Origin: a virus
Taxonomy: Duplodnaviria; Caudoviricetes
Reading direction: 5' to 3' (one strand)
Virus record (IMG/VR): IMGVR_UViG_3300017540_000002
Coordinates: 1 to 59,608 of that record
DNA: 59,608 bases
Every line of letters begins with the position of its first letter. The stretch's first letter is position 1. The notes beneath the pieces are model-generated. The model ran no database searches. It saw only the letters and a program-made list of their open reading frames with translations, and had not been told where the DNA came from. The position numbers and the translations under genes are program-made. This document shows positions 7,726-17,758 of the stretch, piece after piece.

Positions 7726-7890
7726 ATGCCCAAGGTCCGGCGCTCCTACCCCCGCACGCACTGCCTGCGGTGCCGACGCCTGCTCATCAAGGGGATGACC
7801 TTCCACACCACCCCCTACGGCCGGGTCCTCTGCCGCGACTGCGCCAGGGAGTTCGCCAGTGACCGTCGACGCGAAGGCGCTGCTCGCTGA
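7726..7890 (+). CDS. Small zinc-finger protein (54 aa, not in ORF track)
   Basis: MPKVRRSYPRTHCLRC...LCRDCAREF; two CxxC motifs. Confidence 0.55.
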   Translation: MPKVRRSYPRTHCLRCRRLLIKGMTFHTTPYGRVLCRDCAREFASDRRREGAAR

Positions 7891-9289
7891 GGTCGAGTCC
7901 TGGTCGCCGAAGGCGCAAGCCGAGTTCGCCGACCGGCTCTCGAAGGTCGTCGGCACCGAGCGCCGCATCTGGTACTGCACCCGGGGGCGGTCCTGCACCG
8001 GCGAACCCCACGAGGGTGTCCCCTACAACCACGCCCGCAGCGACCAGTGGCCGCCCGCGGGCAATGACTGGTTCGTATGGTTCCTCCGCGGCGGCCGCGG
8101 GTCCGGCAAGACCCGCACCGCCTCGGAGTTCGTCCGCTACTCCGCCCGGTACGTGCCCTACATCGCCTGCGTCGGCATCGACGTCCGCAAGATCAGGCAG
8201 ACGATGATCGAGGGACGCTCGGGCCTCATCCGCATCTGCGAGTACGCCGGCATCGACTACACCTGGGAGCCGTCGAAGCGGGAGTTCACGTTCGAGTCCG
8301 GCCCCGGCGCGGGGGCGAAGGCGATCATGTACTCCGCCGAGGAGCCTGACCACCTGCGCTCACCCGAGCACGGGCTCGCCTGGCTCGACGAGCCGTCGCA
8401 CTACGCGCTCATCGACGACGTGTGGTCGAACCTCAAGTTCGGCCTGCGGGTGCCGGGGATGCCCGGCGGCGCGAAGGTCATCGCGACATCCACCCCGCTG
8501 CCGAACAAGTGGACGAAGGACATCTCCAACCACCCGCGCACCCGGCTGTCGGTGGTCTCGACCTACCGCAACCTCGCGAACCTCGACCCCGCCTTCCGGG
8601 AGGCGGTGCTGGAGGAGTACGAGGGCACCCGGCTCGGGCGGCAGGAACTCTACGGGGAGATTCTGGAGGACGTCGAGGGCGCGCTCTGGCGCAACGACAT
8701 GATCCGCTACGTCCCCGAGTCCGAGCGCGAGGAGGCGGTGGAGCGGCTCGACCGCATCGTCATCGCGATCGACCCCGCCGGGTCGGTGGACCGCAAGCGC
8801 GACGAGACCGGCCTCGTCGCGGTCGGCCGCTGGCAGGACGACCGCGCCCAGCACCGCTACCTCGTGCTGGAGGACGCCTCCGGCCACTACTCGCCGAACG
8901 GCTGGGCCGAGCGCGCGATCCAGATGGCCGAGAAGTGGGGTGCGGAGCGCATCATCGCCGAGCGCAACTACGGCGGCAACATGGTCGAGAACACCATCAA
9001 GACCGCCGACCCCACGATGCGGGTCCAGACCGTGCACTCCCGCCGCGGGAAGGCGCTGCGCGCCGAGCCTGTCGTCGCGAAGTACGAGCAGGGCAAGGTG
9101 CTCCACCTGGAGAAGATGGAGGGCCTGGAGGCCCAGCAGACCTCATGGGTTCCGGCGCAGTCGCCGTCGCCCGACCGCGTCGACGCGCTCGTGCACGGGC
9201 TCACCGGGCTCGGCCTCTCCCCGCGCCCGGGGAAGATCGCCACACCGAGCGCATCGCAGATCGCGTCCCTGTTCGCTCCGCGTCGTTAG
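7859..9289 (+). CDS. terL: Terminase large subunit
   Basis: Walker A GGRGSGKT, Walker B AWLDE, nuclease IAIDPA and SPDRVDAL. Confidence 0.95.
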   Translation: MTVDAKALLAEVESWSPKAQAEFADRLSKVVGTERRIWYCTRGRSCTGEPHEGVPYNHARSDQWPPAGNDWFVWFLRGGRGSGKTRTASEFVRYSARYVPYIACVGIDVRKIRQTMIEGRSGLIRICEYAGIDYTWEPSKREFTFESGPGAGAKAIMYSAEEPDHLRSPEHGLAWLDEPSHYALIDDVWSNLKFGLRVPGMPGGAKVIATSTPLPNKWTKDISNHPRTRLSVVSTYRNLANLDPAFREAVLEEYEGTRLGRQELYGEILEDVEGALWRNDMIRYVPESEREEAVERLDRIVIAIDPAGSVDRKRDETGLVAVGRWQDDRAQHRYLVLEDASGHYSPNGWAERAIQMAEKWGAERIIAERNYGGNMVENTIKTADPTMRVQTVHSRRGKALRAEPVVAKYEQGKVLHLEKMEGLEAQQTSWVPAQSPSPDRVDALVHGLTGLGLSPRPGKIATPSASQIASLFAPRR

Positions 9290-9299
9290 GATTCGCCTC

Positions 9300-9509
9300 A
9301 TGGCTAAGGGGTTCGACCGCTGGTACATCACTCGACGGGGAAGTGATGGGAGGTTCGCGGCGATCTTCCAGCCCGACCACCGGGCCGATCCGCGGCCGGA
9401 CCCCGAGCAGTGCGAGGAGAAGTACCTCTTTGCAACGCTGGGCGAGGCGGTGAACTACGCCTCTCGCAACTACGTCAGCGACGGCATCGTACTGGACGAG
9501 AACCTGTGA
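9300..9509 (+). CDS. Hypothetical protein
   Basis: 69 aa (MAKGFDRWY) filling the gap; GTGA-coupled to the next gene. Confidence 0.65.
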   Translation: MAKGFDRWYITRRGSDGRFAAIFQPDHRADPRPDPEQCEEKYLFATLGEAVNYASRNYVSDGIVLDENL

Positions 9510-9847
9510 TCGCTCTGCTCGTTGCCGCAGCCGTCGTCGTCATGGCGGCGGCTCGGCTGACCCGTCTGGTCACCCAGGACTCCTACCCGCCGGCCGCGTG
9601 GCTGCGCGCGAGGTGGGACGACTGGACCGAGGAGTCCGACTGGAACGTGCTGCTGCACTGCCACTGGTGCTTCGCGCCGTGGGTGGTGCTGCCGCTGCTG
9701 GTGGGGGCGTACTTCGCGCTGGACCTGCCGCCGTTCCACTGGTCGCACCTCCTCTGGCTGTTCCTGTCCTGGATGGCGATGTCGTACGTCGCTTCCTGGA
9801 TCGTCAACAACGACGAGGGTCTCGTCATCGTCAAGGAGGATCACTAG
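9506..9847 (+). CDS. DUF1360-like membrane protein
   Basis: ARLTRLVTQD...LLHCHWCFAPWV motif, typically found before the portal in actinophages. Confidence 0.8.
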   Translation: MIALLVAAAVVVMAAARLTRLVTQDSYPPAAWLRARWDDWTEESDWNVLLHCHWCFAPWVVLPLLVGAYFALDLPPFHWSHLLWLFLSWMAMSYVASWIVNNDEGLVIVKEDH

Positions 9848-11701
9848 GTGGCACGCGAGCGACGACGCGGGATCGTCAAGCCGTCGGGGGTGATCGCCTC
9901 CGCGTCCGAGGTGCGGACGCGCAAGGCGCTGTCCGACGCGAAGCGCAACAACTCCTGGCAGCAGGAGGCGTGGCGGTTCTACGACACGATCGGCGAGTAC
10001 CGCTACACGATCGACTGGCTCGGGGCGATGGTCGGCAAGACCCGCCTCTACGCCGGGCACATCAACGAGGAAGGCGTCGTCGAGGAACTGACCGACGGCC
10101 CGATCTTCGAGTACGTCGAGGACCTGTTCGGCGGGCCGGCGGCCAAGGCCGAGACGATGCGGCAGTTGGGCATCCACTTCTCGGTCGCGGGCGAGGCGAC
10201 GATCATCGGCACCTCGCGCGAGGTCACCGACGGCGAGTTCGTCGACTCCGGCTGGTACGTCGCGGCGTCGTCGGAGGTGACGGCCTTCGGCGAGGAGCCC
10301 TACCAGAAGTACCGGGTCAACGGGGTCGAGGTGCCCGGCGACGCGCACGTCGCGGTCCGCATCTACCAGCCGCACCCGATGCGGTTCGGGGAGTCGAACA
10401 GCGCCTCGCGCGCCGCGCTCGGCATCCTCGCGGAACTGGAGGGCCTGACCGCGCACACGATGGCGCAGATCAACTCGCGGCTGTCCAGCGCCGGGGTGTG
10501 GCTGCTCAGCGACGAACTGACCCTCCCGACCCGCCAGACCGGGGAGGACGAGGAGGTCGCCGTCGCCGACTCCACCCCGGACGAGGTGATCGCCACCCTG
10601 ATGAGCGCGGCCAGCGCGGCGCTGCGCAACCCCGGCTCGGCCGAGGCGCTCATCCCGATCGTGCTCACCGCGCCGGCGAGCGCGATCGAGGCCAGCAAGT
10701 ACGTCACGTTCTGGACCCCGCTGGACGAGCACGCGAAGGAACTCCGCGACGAGTCGCTGCGCCGCCTGGGCCTGGCGATGGACGTCCCGCCGGAGGTCCT
10801 CACCGGCGTGGCCGAGACGAACCATTGGGCGGCCTGGGCCTCCGACGAGTCCGGCATCAAGGCTCACGGCGAGCCGCTGGCGGCGCGCATCACGCAGGCG
10901 CTCACCGAGGGCCTGCTGTGGAAGTACGCCCGCTCGCTGGAGGGCGAGTACCCCGACATCGCGCAGAACTACGACACCTTCGTCATCGCGGCTGACACCT
11001 CCGCCATGCGGCTGCGGCCGAACCGGGCGAAGGAAGCCCTGGAACTCTACGACCGCGGGGAACTGTCGGCGCGGGCACTCATCCGGGAGACCGGCTTCGA
11101 CGAGGGCGACATGCCCACCGAGGAGGAGTACCGCACCTGGATCACCCGGCGCATCGCCAACGGCTCGGCCACGCCCGAGCAGATGGCGGTCGCGCTGCGG
11201 CTGCTCGGCGTCGACATGCCCGGCCCCGAGCAGGTCGAGGTCGACAACGGGCGCGAGCAGCGGCCCGCGCCGTCGCTGCGGGAGTTCCCCGAGCAGGGGC
11301 CGCCGGACCGGGAGCGCGGGCTGCGCCGCAAGGAGCGCCGGGAGGAGCAGCGCGGGCTCGCGGCGTCCGGGGGGCCGAGCGAGGCGCTCGTGATCGCGTC
11401 GTCCCTGGCGATGCAGCGGGTCATGGAGCGCGCCGGCAACAAGTTGAAGAACAAGGTCGGCCGCATCCCGGGGATGAAGGCCGTCGACATGTACCAGGAG
11501 TTCGGCGACGGCGGGGTCTCCCACGAGGAACTCCTCGACGACGCCTGGACGCACATCGAGAGGATGAGTCAGCGACTCGGCGTCAACGCGGGGTCGCTCC
11601 AGGCGGCGCTCGCGGCCTACGCCACCGAGTTGTTCGAGACCAAGGAGCCGATGAGCGAGGAGCGGCTTCGCGCACACCTCGCCGGGGTGAAGAAGGGGTA
11701 G
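9848..11701 (+). CDS. Portal protein
   Basis: 617 aa after TerL; WQQEAWRFYD and LAMDVPPEVLTG...NHW motifs. Confidence 0.85.
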   Translation: MARERRRGIVKPSGVIASASEVRTRKALSDAKRNNSWQQEAWRFYDTIGEYRYTIDWLGAMVGKTRLYAGHINEEGVVEELTDGPIFEYVEDLFGGPAAKAETMRQLGIHFSVAGEATIIGTSREVTDGEFVDSGWYVAASSEVTAFGEEPYQKYRVNGVEVPGDAHVAVRIYQPHPMRFGESNSASRAALGILAELEGLTAHTMAQINSRLSSAGVWLLSDELTLPTRQTGEDEEVAVADSTPDEVIATLMSAASAALRNPGSAEALIPIVLTAPASAIEASKYVTFWTPLDEHAKELRDESLRRLGLAMDVPPEVLTGVAETNHWAAWASDESGIKAHGEPLAARITQALTEGLLWKYARSLEGEYPDIAQNYDTFVIAADTSAMRLRPNRAKEALELYDRGELSARALIRETGFDEGDMPTEEEYRTWITRRIANGSATPEQMAVALRLLGVDMPGPEQVEVDNGREQRPAPSLREFPEQGPPDRERGLRRKERREEQRGLAASGGPSEALVIASSLAMQRVMERAGNKLKNKVGRIPGMKAVDMYQEFGDGGVSHEELLDDAWTHIERMSQRLGVNAGSLQAALAAYATELFETKEPMSEERLRAHLAGVKKG

Positions 11702-11703
11702 CC

Positions 11704-14550
11704 GTGGACGACATCAACGGCCTGGTAGCGACGGCCCTCCGCACGGGCGACTGGTCGCCGGTGCTGGTGGCGATCGACTCGCTCTACGCGGAGAAGTCCG
11801 GCAGCATCCGCGGCATCACCCGCCACCTCGACGGGGTGACCGCGGCGCTGGAGCGGGTGGAGCCGCAGGACAACATCGAGGCGCAGGCGGCTCGACTGGC
11901 GGACTGGCTGGTGATGTCGACCGAGCAGGCGGCGGTCCGCACCGAGGCTCGCGGGCTCTCCCTGGTGTGGCGCACCGAGGACGACGACCACGTGCGCGCC
12001 GAGCACCGCGCCGCCGACGGCCAGCGGGTCCAGCCCGGCGAGCCGTTCACCGTCGGCGGGGTGCAGATGTTCTACCCCGGCCAGCCGGTCGGCGACCCGT
12101 CGCTGTGGTACGGCTGCCGCTGCCACCTGGAGGTCGTCGAGGAGGACCTGACTGCGGCGCTCCAGCCTTCCACCCCGGAGGGCCGCAGCGCCGTCGTCGT
12201 CGCGCTGCCCGCCGACGGCGACCCGGTGCGCGAACTCGGCCCCGAGGAGTCCCACCTGACCCTGGTCTACCTCGGGGAGCAGGAAGTCGGCGAGGAGGTC
12301 GAGGACGCGATCGCCGAGTACGCGCAGGCGCTGAGCGAGACCATCGAGATGCCCGTCGTCGGGGTGGACATCCTCGGCGAGGACAACGACGCGGAGGTCC
12401 TCATGCTCGCCCCCGACACCCCGTCGCAGGTGCGCGACGGGCTGCTGGAGGTGCTGCGCGAGCACGGGCTCGACGACGCCAGCGAGTGGCCGGAGTACAC
12501 CCCCCACGTCACGCTGGGCTACATCCCCGAGGGGGAGGAGGGGGAGGTGCTCAAGCCGCCCGAGGCCATCACCTTCGACCGGCTCGCCATCTGGCGGGGC
12601 GAGGATGAGCCCGCGGTCACCTTCCAGATGGGGCCGCCGATCGAGAGCGACGACGAGCCGGACCTCGACGAGGACCCCTTCGACGACGGCGACGAGTTCG
12701 TCCCGACCGCGGTCATGTTCCACGGCGTCATGGTCACCGAGGGGGTGGGCACCGACGCCGACGACGGCCTCGTCCGGGTGTTCACGCCGAACTCGCTGGA
12801 GTGGCGCGAGCCGCCGCTGACGCTCACGTTCGAGCACATCGAGGAAGGCCGCGCCACCGAGGTGCTCGGGCACATCGACCGCATCTGGCGGCTGGAGTCC
12901 GACCCGCGCAAGATCGCCTACGAGGGCACCTTCGACGACAGCCCCGAGGCGGACCGCCGCATCGGGCAGATCGCGAACGGCACCATCGGCAAGGTCTCGA
13001 TCCACGCTGGCGGCACGATGGGCACCGCCAGCGAGGAGGACGAGAACGGCACCCGCACGGTGGAGTTCACCCGCGGCCGGATCGCCTCGCTCGCGATCGT
13101 GCCGATGCCGGGCTTCGAGGATGCCTTCATCGCGCTCGGCCCCTGGCCGGAGGCGGAGGAGGACCCCGAAGTCACCACGGTGGCGACTACGCCCGAGGAG
13201 GAGTCGCTGGTGGCCGCGGTCTCCGAGGAGCCCTGGGACGGCTCGGCCAGCCGCTTCTCCCCCGAGGAGTGGAAGCGCTCGTGCATCCTGCACGTCTGCG
13301 ACGGCGACGAGAAGTCCTGCCACAAGTTGCCGATCCGGGAGCCGGGTGGTGCCCTGTCCCGCGCCGGGGTGCACGCGGCCGCGGCCAGGATCAACCAGGT
13401 CGACGCCCCGGCTGAGGCCATCGCGAAGGCGAAGGCGTCTCTGCGCAGCGCCTACGACGAACTCGGCGAGGACCCGCCGGAGGTCATCACCGCCTCCGGC
13501 CAGCCGGACACCCTGGTGGCCGCGCTCGGGGACTTCAAGCGGGGCGCGGGCTGGGTCACGAACCCCGCCGACACGCGCCGCCTGCACCGGTACTGGACGC
13601 AGCCCGGCCAGCCCGGCTACGCCAAGATCGGCTGGGGCACCCCCAACGACTTCTACCGGTGCCGGATGCACCTGGCGAAGTACATCAACCCGATCTACCT
13701 CAACCGCACCTGTGCCGAGTGGCACCACGACGCGCTCGGCATCTGGCCGGGGCAGCACTCTGCTGGAGGAGCCATGACCGCTGCTGCAACTCTGCCGGAC
13801 ACCTTCGTGCCGCCGGCCGAGTGGTTCGAGGACCCGGGTCTGACGGCTCGGACCCCGCTGACCATCACCGACGACGGCCACATCTACGGCCACCTCGCGA
13901 CGTGGGACCAGTGCCACGTCTCGTTCGGGGAGATGGCTGGCAAGTGCGTGCTCGCGCCGCACTCGGCGACGAACTACGCCTTCTACCGGCTGGGGAAGGT
14001 CCGCACCACCGGTGGCGACGTCGCGGTCGGGCAGATCGTGCTCGGCGGCGGTCACGCGCGCGACGGGGTGAACCTGTCGGCCGCGCAGGACTTCTACGCG
14101 AGCACCTCCCGCGCGGTGGCGGACGTCGCCGTCGGCGAGGACTCGGTGGGCATCTGGTTCTCGGGCGCGGTGCGGCCGAACATCTCCCCCGACGACCTGT
14201 ACGCGCTGCGCGCTGCGAAGTTGTCGGGCGACTGGCGGCGGGTGCGCGGCAACCTTGAACTCGTCGCCGCGCTGGCGGTCAACGTGCCCGGCTTCCCGGT
14301 GCCGGAGATGTCGCTGGTCGCCTCGGCCGACGGCGACATCCTGTCGCTGGTCGCGGCGGGCATCGTCGCCGACGACGAGGAGGAGGCCGCAGCGCACGAG
14401 GCTGCGGCCCAGGCGTCCGACGTTGCGTACGCGACCCTCGTCCGGGACGTGGCGCAGTCCATCGAGAGGATCAAGGCCGCGCAGGCGGCGAAGGCAGAGT
14501 TCCGCCTGCACAGGGCAGCGCGGGCCAAGGAGCAGATGAGGAGCATCTGA
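11704..14550 (+). CDS. MuF-like / 2H-phosphoesterase / capsid maturation protease fusion
   Basis: MuF (WRT..DDHVRAEH...GCRC), paired HLTL/HVTL motifs, protease-like region; lies between portal and capsid. Confidence 0.85.
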   Translation: MDDINGLVATALRTGDWSPVLVAIDSLYAEKSGSIRGITRHLDGVTAALERVEPQDNIEAQAARLADWLVMSTEQAAVRTEARGLSLVWRTEDDDHVRAEHRAADGQRVQPGEPFTVGGVQMFYPGQPVGDPSLWYGCRCHLEVVEEDLTAALQPSTPEGRSAVVVALPADGDPVRELGPEESHLTLVYLGEQEVGEEVEDAIAEYAQALSETIEMPVVGVDILGEDNDAEVLMLAPDTPSQVRDGLLEVLREHGLDDASEWPEYTPHVTLGYIPEGEEGEVLKPPEAITFDRLAIWRGEDEPAVTFQMGPPIESDDEPDLDEDPFDDGDEFVPTAVMFHGVMVTEGVGTDADDGLVRVFTPNSLEWREPPLTLTFEHIEEGRATEVLGHIDRIWRLESDPRKIAYEGTFDDSPEADRRIGQIANGTIGKVSIHAGGTMGTASEEDENGTRTVEFTRGRIASLAIVPMPGFEDAFIALGPWPEAEEDPEVTTVATTPEEESLVAAVSEEPWDGSASRFSPEEWKRSCILHVCDGDEKSCHKLPIREPGGALSRAGVHAAAARINQVDAPAEAIAKAKASLRSAYDELGEDPPEVITASGQPDTLVAALGDFKRGAGWVTNPADTRRLHRYWTQPGQPGYAKIGWGTPNDFYRCRMHLAKYINPIYLNRTCAEWHHDALGIWPGQHSAGGAMTAAATLPDTFVPPAEWFEDPGLTARTPLTITDDGHIYGHLATWDQCHVSFGEMAGKCVLAPHSATNYAFYRLGKVRTTGGDVAVGQIVLGGGHARDGVNLSAAQDFYASTSRAVADVAVGEDSVGIWFSGAVRPNISPDDLYALRAAKLSGDWRRVRGNLELVAALAVNVPGFPVPEMSLVASADGDILSLVAAGIVADDEEEAAAHEAAAQASDVAYATLVRDVAQSIERIKAAQAAKAEFRLHRAARAKEQMRSI
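13168..13190. repeat. 23-bp palindrome copy 11 (intragenic)
   Basis: GAAGTCACCAC-G-GTGGCGACTAC encoding EVTTVATT in an acidic linker. Confidence 0.9.
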
Positions 14551-14714
14551 TGGCATGTGGGTCGTGCGGGCGAGGCAAGTCGTCCATCAAGATCGTCTAC
14601 GAAGTCACCTTCAAGAACGGCCAGCCGAAGAAGGAGTACGCGACGAAGTTGGAGGCTGACTCCGCCGCTCGTCGCGCCGGTGGGGGCACGGTCCGGGCGA
14701 AGCAGAAGGTCTGA
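14550..14714 (+). CDS. Small basic protein (MACGSCG..., 54 aa, not in ORF track)
   Basis: TGATG overlap with the protease stop; GAGGAG RBS. Confidence 0.7.
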   Translation: MACGSCGRGKSSIKIVYEVTFKNGQPKKEYATKLEADSAARRAGGGTVRAKQKV

Positions 14715-14728
14715 TCGACGCGACACAC

Positions 14729-14769
14729 CGAAGAAGCCGCCGCGTGTTGCAAGCGTGGCGGCTTCTTCG
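14729..14769 (+). terminator. Hairpin / terminator
   Basis: CGAAGAAGCCGCC...GGCGGCTTCTTCG. Confidence 0.6.
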
Positions 14770-14849
14770 TGCTACATTCCCGCTCAGAAGCCAGGCTCGG
14801 TCGTAGACCGTGGTCAGTCTGACCCAACGTCTACGCAGGAGTGAGAACC

Positions 14850-16652
14850 GTGGGCTTCGAGATTCCCGAGAACGTCGCCGCACTGAGCGACGAGGACCTC
14901 GCGTCGGCCATCGACACGGCCTACGAGGAGGGCACCGCGCTGTCGAGCGTCGAGGACGCCGACATGACCGACGAGCAGATCGAGCGCGCTGAGGCGCTCG
15001 CCGCCTTCCTGCGCGAGGCCAAGGCCAGCCAGGCCGAGCGAGCCGAGAAGGCCGCCCAGCGTGCGGAGCGCATCGCTGCGGCCAAGGCTGCTGTCACCCC
15101 GCCCGAGGACAACGCCGAGGACGAGGACGACGAGGCGGAGGAGACGCCCGAGTCGCCCGAGGAGCCGGAGGACCAGGCTCCCGTCGTCGAGGTCGAGGTC
15201 GAGGAGACCCCCATCGTCGAGGCCGAGGAGGACGTCGAGGAGACGCCCGAGCCGGTCGCGGTCGCCGCGTCCGCGGCCCCCACTGCCCCCGCTCGTAGGA
15301 AGAAGAACGCCGTGGCCCGTACCGCCCAGGCACCCGCCGCCGAGACGCCCGCTGTCGACTCGCGGCCCCGCCCGTCGATCATCGCGTCGGCCGACGCGCT
15401 GGACATCCCCGCTGGCAAGGGTGTCGAGTCCCTGGAGGACCTCGTCCCCTCGCTGATCCGCCGCTGGCAGTCGTTCGCCCCGAGCAGCCCCTACGGCGTC
15501 GGCGAGAACCGCTCGGCCCGGCAGCGCTTCGGCCTGGCGTCGATCGCGGTCCAGAACCCGCTCAACGACACCGACATCCCGGACGCCTCGGAACTGCTCC
15601 GCCGCGCCGCGGACGAGTCCCGCCTCACCAGCGAGCGCGGCGCGGGCTCGCTCGTCGCGGCCGGTGGCTGGTGCGCGCCGTCCGAGACCGTGTACGACCT
15701 GTGCGGCCCGCTCGCGAGCAACGACGGCTACGTCGACCTCCCCGAGGTCACGCTCCGCCGCGGCGGCATCCGGTTCACCAAGGGCATCGATTGGGCCACG
15801 CTGTTCGCTGGCGACCTGTCGACCGTCGGTGGCACGCAGACCGAGGCCGAGGCCGAGGCCGGCGAGGAGAAGGACTGCATCACGCTGGAGTGCCCCGACT
15901 TCGTCGACCACCGGATGGACGCGGAGTACCTCTGCGCGACCATCCCGCTGCTCACCGAGGCGGGCTACCCCGAACTCGTCCGCGACTTCCTCCAGGGCAT
16001 GGTCCTCGCGCACCAGGTCAAGATGCGCCGCAAGGACCTGGCCGACATGCTCACCCTCGCGGGCACGGCGGTCTCGGTGGCTGGCACGTTCCCGAACGCG
16101 CTGAGCATCCTGCACGCCCTCGAACTCGCCATCCTCGGCGAGCGTCAGCGCCACAACATGGCGGAGGGCGCGACCCTGGAGGTCGTGGTCCCGACGTGGG
16201 TCCGGGCGGTCATCCGCGCCGACCTGGCGAACCGGACGGGCGTCGAGATGACCAACGTCTCGAACGCGCAGATCGACGCGCACTTCTCCACCCGGGGCGC
16301 GCGCGTCCAGTTCGTCAAGCGCTGGCCGGGCCTCGACCTTGACCTGTCGGGCGGGGTCGCGGTGGCCTACCCGAGCACCGTCGAGGCGCTCATCTACCCG
16401 GCGGGCACGTTCGTTCGCGGCCAGGCGGACGTCATCCGCCTCGACGCGGTGTACGACGCGCCGAGCCTCAAGACGAACATCTACACCGGCCTGTTCGTCG
16501 AGCAGGGCCGCAAGGTGTTCAACCGCTGCTACGACGCGAAGCGCATCTCGCTCCCCGTCAACCTGACCGGTCGCACCGCGGCGGCGGACATCGTCGCCGA
16601 GTGGGGTGCGACCGAGGGTGGCGGCGACGACACCCCGCCCGTGGGCGAGTGA
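14850..16652 (+). CDS. Major capsid protein with N-terminal scaffold-like region
   Basis: Acidic/coiled N-terminus, then LVAAGGWCAPSETVYD motif; GTG at 14850 has AGGAG spacing. Confidence 0.9.
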   Translation: MGFEIPENVAALSDEDLASAIDTAYEEGTALSSVEDADMTDEQIERAEALAAFLREAKASQAERAEKAAQRAERIAAAKAAVTPPEDNAEDEDDEAEETPESPEEPEDQAPVVEVEVEETPIVEAEEDVEETPEPVAVAASAAPTAPARRKKNAVARTAQAPAAETPAVDSRPRPSIIASADALDIPAGKGVESLEDLVPSLIRRWQSFAPSSPYGVGENRSARQRFGLASIAVQNPLNDTDIPDASELLRRAADESRLTSERGAGSLVAAGGWCAPSETVYDLCGPLASNDGYVDLPEVTLRRGGIRFTKGIDWATLFAGDLSTVGGTQTEAEAEAGEEKDCITLECPDFVDHRMDAEYLCATIPLLTEAGYPELVRDFLQGMVLAHQVKMRRKDLADMLTLAGTAVSVAGTFPNALSILHALELAILGERQRHNMAEGATLEVVVPTWVRAVIRADLANRTGVEMTNVSNAQIDAHFSTRGARVQFVKRWPGLDLDLSGGVAVAYPSTVEALIYPAGTFVRGQADVIRLDAVYDAPSLKTNIYTGLFVEQGRKVFNRCYDAKRISLPVNLTGRTAAADIVAEWGATEGGGDDTPPVGE

Positions 16653-16657
16653 TCCCC

Positions 16658-16693
16658 CACCCGGGCGGGACTGATCCCGGTCCCGCCCGGGTG
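16658..16693 (+). terminator. GC-rich hairpin after the capsid gene
   Basis: CACCCGGGCGGGAC...GTCCCGCCCGGGTG. Confidence 0.55.
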
Positions 16694-16722
16694 ATCCACC
16701 TACGACTGATGGAGGAGGGGAG

Positions 16723-17472
16723 ATGCCCGGACTCAACATCGGACCTCGCGAGGTCCCTGCGCCCCTCCCTGGGGGCCTGTTCTCGGTGCTCACGCCGGAG
16801 GACGCTGGCGACCGCATCATCGGCGGCATCACGGCCGACCCGATGGTGTGCGGGGAGGTCTCCAGCGCTGAGGGCTGGTGCTTCCCGACTGCCTCGGTCG
16901 ACCCGGACTTCGAGCCTGTCGAGAAGGAGCCGGTGGGGTTCTCGGACTTCACCGAGCAGGAGGGCAACGGGGCCGGGTTCTACACCTACCTGGCGCTGGA
17001 GTGCTACCTCGACGGCGGGGCGCTGGCCGCCGACGCCGAGCGGGCCTACCTGGCCGGCGAGGAGCAGGCTGTCGGCCTGCGGCTCGTCACGCTGCTGGAC
17101 GCCCTGTCCGGCGGGACGACGACCGCTCCTGACCTCACGGACGCTCTCGGCACGGCGGAGAACTCGCTGCGCTCGATGGCCTTCCCGGGGTACATCTTCG
17201 CCAGCCCCCGCACCCTGATCCGACTCGGCAGCCACGTTCGTCCCGACGACGGCGCGCTGCGCACCCGGCTCGGCTCGCCGCTGGTGGCGGTGGTCGGCGC
17301 GCCGGACGACACCCTCTACGTCTCGGGGCAGGTCACGCTCTACCGCGGCAACCTCGCGACGCACGAGGTCGCCTCGCCCAGGACGAACCGCAGGTACGTG
17401 GTCTCGGAGCGCCCCTGGGCGGCGCTCGTCGACTGCGGGGCCGAGACGATCGAGGTGGTGACCGAGCCATGA
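16723..17472 (+). CDS. Virion structural protein (minor capsid/head-associated)
   Basis: Synteny after the capsid gene; GGAGG RBS. Confidence 0.7.
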   Translation: MPGLNIGPREVPAPLPGGLFSVLTPEDAGDRIIGGITADPMVCGEVSSAEGWCFPTASVDPDFEPVEKEPVGFSDFTEQEGNGAGFYTYLALECYLDGGALAADAERAYLAGEEQAVGLRLVTLLDALSGGTTTAPDLTDALGTAENSLRSMAFPGYIFASPRTLIRLGSHVRPDDGALRTRLGSPLVAVVGAPDDTLYVSGQVTLYRGNLATHEVASPRTNRRYVVSERPWAALVDCGAETIEVVTEP

Positions 17473-17756
17473 CAGATGAGGTTTACGTCGTCGGCCGCTC
17501 GCGCGAGAACGCGCGCCGGCTGCTGGCGATCGCACGGGACCTGGACCTGGAGACGTCGGTGGTGCGCACCACCGACGGCGGGTACCTCGTCCCCGAAGAT
17601 GTGGCGGCCGTCTATGACGGTCAGGGCAGCAAGGAGCCCGAGCCGAAGCCGGAGGCCACCGAGGAGCCGAAGGCGCAGCCGAAGCGCAAGCGGCGCCGCA
17701 CCAAGAAGTCCGAGGAGACCACCGAGGACACCGCTGAGACCCAGGACAAGGAGTAA
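17469..17756 (+). CDS. Hypothetical protein
   Basis: ATGA-coupled; low-complexity C-terminus. Confidence 0.75.
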   Translation: MTDEVYVVGRSRENARRLLAIARDLDLETSVVRTTDGGYLVPEDVAAVYDGQGSKEPEPKPEATEEPKAQPKRKRRRTKKSEETTEDTAETQDKE

Positions 17757-17758
17757 CC

